Shown here one piece after another: positions 56,551-64,000 of a stretch of DNA of 64,000 bases. Location of the stretch: assembly GCA_965203905.1 (NCBI GenBank), contig CBDBDQ010000005.1:5728001-5792000 (forward strand). Direction: 5' to 3'. The translations under genes and the position numbers were made by a program. Source of the stretch: Spirochaetia bacterium (lineage in GTDB: Bacteria; Spirochaetota; Spirochaetia; SZUA-6; Bin103). Within the stretch, counting starts at the first letter, position 1; every line of letters begins with the position of its first letter. The notes under the pieces are model-generated. The model ran no database searches. It saw nothing but the letters and a program-made list of their open reading frames with translations, and was not told the origin of the DNA.

Positions 56551-59308
56551 CCGCGATTATGAAGCGGTCGTTCTGGAACATCAGGGTGCAGCACCTGCGT
56601 GTGCGGTGACCAGATGGCGCAACCATTCCGGCAACTCGACATCCGGCCGTAGCGCGACGACACCGACCCGGTGTCTGTCGACGTAGTCCTCGCAGGTGAG
56701 CCACTCCGTTTCGTCGGCGTTGGGGACCAGGAGCAACGCAAGATCCGGACGGCGAGCACCCCAGCGGAGCGCATCGTGGTACAGGTGGGCGCTCTCCGCC
56801 ATCCCGTCGAGGATGTTTTTCTCCCCGCTGCGGTACTTGGCGTCCAGGACGATGAAACGCGTTGCGCCGTCACGGGTTTCCGATTTCAAGACGAGGTCAG
56901 GTACGTACTGTCGAGAAATCGACCAGGCATCCGCCTGCTCAGCGCCACATTTTTTTTGAAAGGTCTTCTGCAGATGGAGCGTGATCAGGTGACCGTCGCT
57001 GCGATGACCGATGACGCTCCGGCGATCGGAGCCCATCGCGCCCGCGTTCTTCCACGCGTGGTCGGGCAGCCACTCCCTGAGTTTCCGGGCCAGAACCACA
57101 AGGCACCAACGCTCGTAGATTTCCCATGTCGGGCTGAGCGGCAGCAGGTCCTTCGGGTCCAGCCGATACACACCGCGCCGGAGAGCCTCCCACCCTACAC
57201 GCCAGAACCGGCCGTACAGCGGATGCGCCGCAACGGCGTTGAGCCCAGCCGCGGTGACTTCGGCGCGCTGCACCTCGCTGAACGGCGAGTGGCGTTCAGC
57301 CATCACGAACTCGCGCTCCATCTCGCCGAGGATCTGCTTCCAGCGGGGTACGCGCCCCTTGACGCCAGTCCTCGTTTCCTGCGTGCGACGGTCGGCGAAC
57401 TTGTCCAGCAGCCTGGTGAGCTCCCGGCACCGCAGGAGAAGCGCTCGAAGCATGGCAAGAGCGGATCGATTCGCCGGGACATCGAGCGTGCGCTCCACCG
57501 CCGGCACTTCCAGGACCGGGCCGTCGGCCGGGCCAGCCGGAAGGCTCAACCCTGCACCGCGCTGGATTGCCGCAAGCGTGGCAGGCCGACGGATGGCCGC
57601 CTGCAGCGTCCTCAGGTCGGTGCGCCGCGCGTCCCTGAGGGGGACGAATCGCCGCCGCGCCTTCAATACACTTACGGGCTCTCGCCGAAGAGCGGCGAGC
57701 GCCTGATTCAGTTCGCTTCGGCGCCGTCGCAACCGTTCGAGCCACACGAGTGGATCATCGGTCTCTGCGAGCGCGCCGAGACGACGCCGGGCCGGTTCCT
57801 CACCGACCACGAGACGGGCGTCGAATTCGACAATCTCGTTGATCATGCGCTCGAACAGGTCGCGGCCAGCCTTGCCGGCATCCGGGCTTACGTCGAGCCG
57901 CCATGTCCCGAGCACCCGATCGTCCCGATCCAGCAGCTCGGCGCGTACTTCGCCCGCATAGAACCCGGGCTCCCACACCCACTCGTTCCGAGCGGTCTCG
58001 ACTTGGCTGAGCGGTTCGTCGTCGACTAGCCCAAGTTGCGCACTTTCTGACGTAAACTGTTTCTGTTACACGATTTGACATTTAAGTTTGTCACTACAAT
58101 CGATTCCTCCCCGGAAGCGGCGGGGTAGCCGGTATCCGTAACGTCCGGTAAATCTTGCGATGCTCCAACTCCGGCTGCGACGGCCGCCGCAGGCGGAGCA
58201 CCGTCCCGTCCGTGCACTGGTGCACGATGGTCACCATTTGGTGGGTCGCCAACAGGTCGCGGATGGTCGGCCACGAGCGATAGTCGCCGTTCTCCTGCAA
58301 GCGCCGCTCGATGGCGTGCAGCAGATGGTAGGCCAGCAACGAGATGAAGATGTGCGCATCCACCCGCTCGCTGCGCTGATGAAACACCGGACGTATCCCC
58401 AGAGTGCTCTTCAGGTAGCGAAATGATCGTTCGATCCGGGTCAGCAGCACGTACAGCTTCCACACCTCGGCTTCCGTCAGGTCGGTGCGATCGGTGCGCA
58501 GCAGATAGGTCCCGTCAAGCTCCTCGGCGAGTTGTTGCGCCGCATCCTTGCGGGCCCAGGTTACTTCCGCTCGGCCCTGCTCATCAGTGTGCAGCTGCAG
58601 CGTGTAGTAACGCGCTACGCGCGGATAGCGGCCCAATAGACGCCCGATTGCCCGGTTGATCTTCTCCGGCTGCTTCAGCCGGCCTGCTGCCACCCGCGTC
58701 TTGAGCTTCTCGGCATCCTCCTCCAACCGATGCTCGAACCGCTGCCGTATCGCGCGATCCTTGCTCGCCCGCGCGGCGCTGTGGCACAGCACGTACAACT
58801 CGCCCTGGTGCCGCCGCAACTGGCCGCAGACTACGACCTGCCCCTTCGCGTTCACTTTCACCGGCACGTAGCGTGAGCTGTCAATCTCGGGAAACAACTC
58901 CTGGCGCTCGCTTTGTGGGGTGGTCACGATGTAGTGCTGGCCGCGCTGGCGCAGCAGTTCCAGGTTCTCGTCCGTAGCGATACCCCGATCCATGATCACC
59001 GTCGGTTGACTCGGCCAGCCGACGGCGCCTGTGGTGCGGCAGTCCAGGCTGGCGAGCATCCGTGCCATGCTGGTTTCGTCTTTGGTGTTGCCGGTGAATA
59101 CTTCGTGCGCCTTGGGAAAGCCCTCGCCATCGAGCACCAGACCCACCACCACCTGCTTGCAGTCTGGTCGGTGATCCCGCGAGTAGCCATGCTCCGCCTT
59201 CTCGTTGCGCGCCGCGATGCCCTCGAAATAGGTGGAAGAGACAACATGGAATCAAAAGGTCCGTTGCGATTTGATCGCGAGATCGCACGCCCGGTCAGGA
59301 ACAGGAAC

Positions 59309-59337
59309 TTGATATGATCGTTTACCAGCATTATTAT
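59309..59337 (+). promoter_or_regulatory. Putative sigma70 promoter of the recombinase element (probably leaderless)
   Basis: TTGATA, 17-nt spacer, TATTAT, then 7 nt to ATG 59345. Confidence 0.55.
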
Positions 59338-59344
59338 ATGAAAC

Positions 59345-59665
59345 ATGCAGCGCGCCACCCTGCAGCAACGCGCCGAGCGCTTGCAGGCCGCATACGAACT
59401 GTGCCGTCAGCACAGCGTGGCCGACGCGGTACGCTTGCTGGCCGCGCGTTTCGCCCTCTCTCCGGTGCAGGCGCGGCGCTACGTGCGCGCGGCACTCGAT
59501 CTGAAGGCGCCGCCGGGACAAGCAGACACCAAGCTGCCGATCACCGTGCGCATCCCACGCCATCTGGTCGAGCAATTGCGGGCGCGGGCACGCGCGAGTG
59601 GTCGCAGCCTGGGTTCGCTGGTGGCGCAGGCGATCACCAATTTTCTCTCCGGCGGCAAGAACTGA
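59345..59665 (+). CDS. Small DNA-binding protein (HTH-like N-terminus, ribbon-helix-helix-like C-terminus)
   Basis: LAARFALSPVQARRYV; KLPITVRIPRHLVEQLRARARASGRSLGSLVAQAITNFL. Confidence 0.7.
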   Translation: MQRATLQQRAERLQAAYELCRQHSVADAVRLLAARFALSPVQARRYVRAALDLKAPPGQADTKLPITVRIPRHLVEQLRARARASGRSLGSLVAQAITNFLSGGKN

Positions 59666-59671
59666 CCGCGG

Positions 59672-59887
59672 ATGCCACGGTTCCGGTTACGGCACGTATT
59701 CGACCGGCTCGCCGCACAGCGCCTCGGGGAAGCCTATGAGCTCTTGGTCCCCGAACGATCCTGGTCCACGCACGGAGGACACCAAGATGAACCGCACAGT
59801 CGCACCCACGCCGGAGACGGTGGCCGTGTACTTGAGAGTATCGAGCCAAGCCCAGCGCCACCGCGAGACGATCGCCAGTCAGCGTGA
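59672..59887 (+). CDS. Small hypothetical protein overlapping the recombinase start
   Basis: FDRLAAQRLGEAYELLVP; ATG 6 nt after the previous stop. Confidence 0.45.
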   Translation: MPRFRLRHVFDRLAAQRLGEAYELLVPERSWSTHGGHQDEPHSRTHAGDGGRVLESIEPSPAPPRDDRQSA

Positions 59888-61931
59888 GGCGGTGCTGGAG
59901 CACGCCCGCAGCCGTGGTTGGAACATCCCCCACGAGCGCGTGTTCGCCGATGACGGCTACAGCGGCGCGACGCTCGACCGTCCGGCGCTGGAAGCGTTAC
60001 GCGACCTGGTTGCCAGCGGCGCGATCGCCACGATTCTGGCGTGGTCGGTCGACCGGCTGAGCCGCAACTTCGCCTACCAGATACTGCTGCAGGAAGAGTT
60101 CGCGCGCGCCGGGGCGCAGGTCGTGTTCGTCCAGGAGCCCGACGACGCCACGCCCCAGGGTATGCTGTTGCGGCAAATGCTGTCGGTGATCTCGGAGTAT
60201 GAGCGAACCCAGATTGCCGAGCGCTCGCGGCGCGGCAAGCTGCACCGCGCCCGGCAGGGCTCACTGAACATGATCACGCGTGCGCCGTACGGGTACCGTC
60301 TGATCCCCAAGACCGAAACGTGCGGCGCTCGGCTCGAGATCGATGACGCCGAGGCGGACGTGGTGCGCCGGATCTATGACTGCTATCTGCGCGAGGGTCT
60401 GAAGATGAACGCCATCTCACGACGCCTCGATGCCGAAGGAATAAGACCGCGTCACGCTGAGCGGTGGTCGACCTCGACCGTCGCGGTGATCCTGAGGAAC
60501 GAGACCTACAGCGGGAAAGCAGCCTACTTGAAGACCACCAGCACCGGCCGGCGCACGCGTCCCAACCGCACCGGACGCCAGCGGGCGGGTGCGGTACGGC
60601 GCCTGGTCGGACGCACCACGCGCCCGCGCGAGGAATGGATCAGTCTGGCGGTGCCCGCCATCCTGGATGAGACGACCTTCGCACGAGCGCAACAGCGGCG
60701 GGCGGACAACCGGCGCTTCTCGCCGCGCAAGACGGCGGTGTCGACCCTGCTGCAAGGGCTCTGCGTGTGTGCCGAGTGTGGCTACACCATCGGGCGGAAT
60801 TCCGCCCAGACCAGTCGCAACAAGCCGCGGCGGCACTACTACCGCTGTCATGGCATCGACAGTTGGCGGCGCGCGGAAGGAGCCGTGTGTGACAATCCTC
60901 CGGTCCGCGCCGACGAACTCGACGCAGCCGTTTGGAACGAAGTGCTCGCGCTGCTGGAGAATCCGCAGCTCATCCAGTCCGAAATCAACCGTCGGATCGC
61001 CGCCGCCAACGACACCACAACCGCCAGTCAGCGGATGCAGGTTCTGCGTGGCGAGTTGTCGCGCAACCAGAGCCAGCGTCGGCGCCTGCTGGATGCTTAC
61101 CAAGCGGGCGTGGTGACGCTGGACGAGTTGCGGACACGAAATGCTCCACTACAAACCCAGCAACGCTCGATGCTATCGGAGCTGAAAGCCTTGCAGACCT
61201 TCGAACTCGATCGTGAATCTCAGCTTACTCTTGCCGCGACGGTCGAACAGTTCCTCGGGCGCATGCGGGAGGGGGCGCAAGCACTGTCCCTTGCCGAGCG
61301 TCAGCGTGTCATCCGGCTACTGATTCGCGAGGTCAGGATTGGCAAGAAATCGGTTACGATATGCCATTCAATCCCGGTGAGCGGAGTATCTCCCGCGGGC
61401 TCAGATCGTTACGGTGGAGGATCTGCTCTAATGGCACCCGACCAAGGTGCACTTTTGATTCCACGATGTGGTAAGGTCGTAAAGGACGATCGTTTCATCG
61501 AGCGCGAACAGCTCTCGCTCGCGTGCTGCCAGCTCGGTTTCGATTGCCACCCGATGCTCATACAACTGATCCGAGACCCGGTAGAGCGCATCCTTGGTCA
61601 CACTCCTCATGCTACCGGGCATCAGCTCAGCAAGCGCCGTGCGTGCAAACCAGCCAACCGTGCCCAACTCGCTACGTGGCGCCAGCAGTCTGCCCACCAC
61701 CTGGATCTCGGCCAACCGGCACTGCCGCGCAGAGAACCCGCAGCGCTGCAGGATCTGGTCGCAGCGCAGATGCTCCCAGAACACGTGCGCGACGTACTCC
61801 GGGCCGAGTTCGCGCAGCAGCTCACTGCTGCTGCGCTCGGGATAGACCTCCTTGGCGGGCCCGTGTCCGTCCCGCTGAGCTTGCTGACGCTGCTGCTTGC
61901 TGCGGATGCGTTCGGCGAACGGAGCCGCTAG
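59787..61931 (+). CDS. Large serine recombinase (resolvase, recombinase, Zn-ribbon, coiled coil); element-encoded part ends near 61471, the rest is read-through
   Basis: VYLRVSS catalytic Ser, DDGYSGATLDRPAL, DRLSRN, EYERTQIAERSRRGK, APYGY, CAECG...YYRC...C; GGAGG before ATG 59787. Confidence 0.93.
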   Translation: MNRTVAPTPETVAVYLRVSSQAQRHRETIASQREAVLEHARSRGWNIPHERVFADDGYSGATLDRPALEALRDLVASGAIATILAWSVDRLSRNFAYQILLQEEFARAGAQVVFVQEPDDATPQGMLLRQMLSVISEYERTQIAERSRRGKLHRARQGSLNMITRAPYGYRLIPKTETCGARLEIDDAEADVVRRIYDCYLREGLKMNAISRRLDAEGIRPRHAERWSTSTVAVILRNETYSGKAAYLKTTSTGRRTRPNRTGRQRAGAVRRLVGRTTRPREEWISLAVPAILDETTFARAQQRRADNRRFSPRKTAVSTLLQGLCVCAECGYTIGRNSAQTSRNKPRRHYYRCHGIDSWRRAEGAVCDNPPVRADELDAAVWNEVLALLENPQLIQSEINRRIAAANDTTTASQRMQVLRGELSRNQSQRRRLLDAYQAGVVTLDELRTRNAPLQTQQRSMLSELKALQTFELDRESQLTLAATVEQFLGRMREGAQALSLAERQRVIRLLIREVRIGKKSVTICHSIPVSGVSPAGSDRYGGGSALMAPDQGALLIPRCGKVVKDDRFIEREQLSLACCQLGFDCHPMLIQLIRDPVERILGHTPHATGHQLSKRRACKPANRAQLATWRQQSAHHLDLGQPALPRREPAALQDLVAAQMLPEHVRDVLRAEFAQQLTAAALGIDLLGGPVSVPLSLLTLLLAADAFGERSR

Positions 61932-62480
61932 TTGGTCCAGGTCAGAAGTCCCGAACGGCACCCGTTCCTGGTGATTGAGGAGATCTTCGATGCGTTCGGC
62001 CAAGCGTGGCCACTCGGACTTCGGCAGATCCAGAGTGCCGAGGCTCAAGACCAGCCGCTGGCGTGGGCCTTTGTCGGTGCGAACCGACTCCAGCAGCCGG
62101 TGGTAAGTGTAGGAACGACCGTTACGGGAGACCTTGAGCTGGCCGATGAACACGTGCCGCAAAGATACTGCATCGGCTCGTGGCCGCCAAGAAGAATTAT
62201 AACTAAGTTCGAGCCATCCATACGATTTATAACTACATCGGCAAAATCTCTCAATTGCACCCTTCCAGCCGCCTCCTTTTCGCCTTTATCACCCCCGAAA
62301 CTTGCTCGTTACGTCGAAATGTGCTCAAGTTGGGCTAGTAGCCGGCACTCCCGTTCAGCGGGGGCAAGGAGGATGGTCCGCCCTCGTTCGGTAAACCCTC
62401 GATTCAGTTGTACCGGATCGAGTTCTCGGAGCCCGTCTTCGCTCCGCTCCCATAACGTCATCGACGGCCCGGGAACACGG

Positions 62481-64000
62481 CTACCGCCAGAAGCGGAAGC
62501 TGCCGGTCTCTTTCAGGTCCTGGATGAGCTCCGCGACCTTGTCGGCGCACCGTGTCAGGTTGCGTGCCTTCAGCACCTCCTGGCACTTCCCCAGCGCACC
62601 ACGAGCGCGCGCGGAGTCGTCTCCCCGCAGCTTCGGCAGGACCTTCGCGTAGATCACTCGGTCGAGCGCGTCACGCGTGGACAGTTCGGCGCTCTGCTCC
62701 TGCCGCAACTCCATGAACTGCAAGACTTCGGCGATAACCCGCCAGCCGAAGTGCAACCGAGCCGGGCTGAGCGCGTCCATCAGATCATTGAGAACCTCTC
62801 TGACATGCGTCCTGTCCGATGCTTCGATTTCGCACTTGTCCCAACCCGGCCATCGATCTACGTCGATGTCCCAGAACTCGAGCGTAAAGGCGCGGTCCAG
62901 GACCTTGTCCGAGATGCCCATGGTGGTTTCGTCCATGTTCACCGTGCCGATGAGGAAGGAGTTTCCGGGATAGCGGATGCTTGGTGGTACTCCGTCCTTG
63001 TTGCCGTCGCCGTCGTGGAGCGGTATGTCACCGTCGTCGCGCTCCATCGCACTGAGAATCGGCGCCAGGTACTGCTCGGGATGCGACAGGTTCATCTCGT
63101 CGAGCACACACACGTGCGGCTCGGTCGGATTCACGGACGCGCGAATCAGGAATTTCAGAAACTCCGGTTGGATGTATCCACCCTCCCCGAGCGGGTTGAC
63201 GTAACCGAGCAGTGGCGTCGGGTCATACCAACCGGGCTGCACCGGGATGGTACATACCTGCTCGTTCGACTCGCCGGTCGCTCCGGTCAACGCCTCCGCG
63301 TACTTCAGGGCGAGTTGGGTCTTGCCGGTTCCGGACAGGCCGGTGAGCACGCCGAAGTGCCGCCGCTCGTGCGCCCAGAGACCAAGGTGAAGCGCCTCTA
63401 CCACTTCGGCATCGAACACCAAGTCGCCGTCGTTGCGGAGCGACTCGAAGTACTCCTTGACTCGGTCCAGCGGTCGCGGGGCAACCGTCTGCAACGGCTG
63501 CTCGGCCGAATTGCCAGCGGAGTTCGGTGGGCCTTGTTGCAGAAACCCGCGATAGACTGCTTCGGGCAGCATCATTCTTCGCGCCACAGCGTTCCAGTCG
63601 GAACGATCGGCCGCACCTAACGCCTCGTCAAGCCGCAGGATTATCTCGCGGTTCGCCCGTGCGGGATACTTTGCTGACCACTGTCTTTCTTCCATGGAAT
63701 GGAGGAGGTCCTTGCGGTCTGGTGGCTTGACAAGGGTTGTGAAGTCATTCGGGAAGAGCGTGGCAAACACACGCGTCATTTTGTACGCTGGCGCGGATCG
63801 CTTATTGGTCGGGCCAACCGGGGGCATGTGCGGCCGTATGTCCTTCTTCATCTCATTGTACGCGTTGTCGAGCTGACGTGCCCTTTCAGCTGAATCTTCC
63901 GGTAGAGGTGCTGTGGTCAACTCTAGAAAGCGCTGGCGAAAGTCGGGAGCCGCCAAGGCGTTCGTGACGTCGAAGGTGTCGTCAGTATCTATCTCGACTA
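62481..64000 (-). CDS. McrB-like AAA+ GTPase of the DUF2357-associated type (5' end lies beyond the window)
   Basis: LTGLSGTGKT, IPVQPGW, LDEMNLSHPEQY, GTVNMDETT, ISDKVLDRA, KVLPKLRG; frame open to the window edge. Confidence 0.88.
   Translation of the reverse strand, partial: VEIDTDDTFDVTNALAAPDFRQRFLELTTAPLPEDSAERARQLDNAYNEMKKDIRPHMPPVGPTNKRSAPAYKMTRVFATLFPNDFTTLVKPPDRKDLLHSMEERQWSAKYPARANREIILRLDEALGAADRSDWNAVARRMMLPEAVYRGFLQQGPPNSAGNSAEQPLQTVAPRPLDRVKEYFESLRNDGDLVFDAEVVEALHLGLWAHERRHFGVLTGLSGTGKTQLALKYAEALTGATGESNEQVCTIPVQPGWYDPTPLLGYVNPLGEGGYIQPEFLKFLIRASVNPTEPHVCVLDEMNLSHPEQYLAPILSAMERDDGDIPLHDGDGNKDGVPPSIRYPGNSFLIGTVNMDETTMGISDKVLDRAFTLEFWDIDVDRWPGWDKCEIEASDRTHVREVLNDLMDALSPARLHFGWRVIAEVLQFMELRQEQSAELSTRDALDRVIYAKVLPKLRGDDSARARGALGKCQEVLKARNLTRCADKVAELIQDLKETGSFRFWR

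Larger units (their letters stand above)
59239..61471 (+). mobile_element. 2.2-kb large-serine-recombinase integrative element nested in the transposase
   Basis: End IRs ACAACATGGAATCAAAAG (59241-59258) / CTTTTGATTCCACGATGT (61452-61469), 16/18 match; its removal restores YDLTSTYFEG. Confidence 0.85.
58094..62153 (-). pseudogene. IS1634 family transposase split by the serine-recombinase element; pieces 62153..61472 and 59238..58094
   Basis: LLESVRTDKGPRQRLVLSLG...YDLT|STYFEG...GYSRDHRPDCKQ, VIMDRG, IERSFRYLKSTLGIRPVFHQ; rejoins in frame to 608 aa. Confidence 0.9.
58030..62334 (-). mobile_element. IS1634-type (IS4-related DDE) insertion sequence, about 2072 bp once the nested element is removed
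   Basis: Terminal IRs CCCAAGTTGCGCACTTTCTGACGTAA / (reverse complement) CCCAACTTGAGCACATTTCGACGTAA; flanking CTAG duplication at 58026-58029 and 62335-62338. Confidence 0.9.
56581..62461 (-). pseudogene. McrC-like DUF2357 + PD-(D/E)XK nuclease gene interrupted by an IS; pieces 62461..62335 and 58025..56581
   Basis: Removing the IS and one CTAG gives MTLWERSEDG...ECRLL|VDDEPLSQ...WEPGFYAG (523 aa); TLDVPANR, WEIYERWC, VPDLV...LDAKYR; lies downstream of the McrB-like gene. Confidence 0.85.

Noticed and set aside
59231-61477. GTGG, AA or GG as a duplicated target or matched crossover core for the nested element
   Set aside because: AA and GG cores put the rejoined transposase out of frame; GTGG gives DLTTYF, one residue short of the usual YDLTSTYFEG motif.
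61472-61931. Novel C-terminal domain of the serine recombinase
   Set aside because: It is the reverse complement of the IS1634 transposase 5' half, reached by read-through past the element end.
1-64000. CRISPR arrays, tRNA or rRNA genes, retron or diversity-generating reverse transcriptases
   Set aside because: No regularly spaced direct repeats, cloverleaf or rRNA motifs, or YxDD reverse-transcriptase ORF found by eye; a short tRNA-like or repeat element could have been missed.

Overview
High-GC bacterial DNA, most likely from a Spirochaetota genome. The clues are gene order (rpsF-ssb-rpsR-DUF2232-rplI-dnaB; rpsB-tsf-frr-cdsA-rseP without pyrH) and the long acidic tail on S2; this assignment is inference. 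Bases 1-21,000 are mostly housekeeping: PBP1A, gcvH, mutL, ribosomal proteins, dnaB, rseP, frr, tsf, rpsB and maf, plus a candidate sRNA. Bases 21,000-64,000 are accessory. They hold two AAA-ATPase/PD-(D/E)XK paralogs, two unrelated McrBC-type systems, a Hen1-Pnkp RNA repair pair, an FRG + small-protein cassette, a sugar ABC transporter with a decayed binding-protein copy, and sugar-acid and aromatic catabolic enzymes. The most striking structure is a three-layer nest at 56.6-62.5 kb. A DUF2357/McrC-like nuclease gene is split by an IS1634-type element (terminal inverted repeats, CTAG duplication). That element's transposase is itself split by a 2.2-kb large-serine-recombinase element whose recombinase has no stop codon inside the element. 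Both host genes can be rebuilt in frame. All family assignments come from motif recognition by eye; no database search was run.
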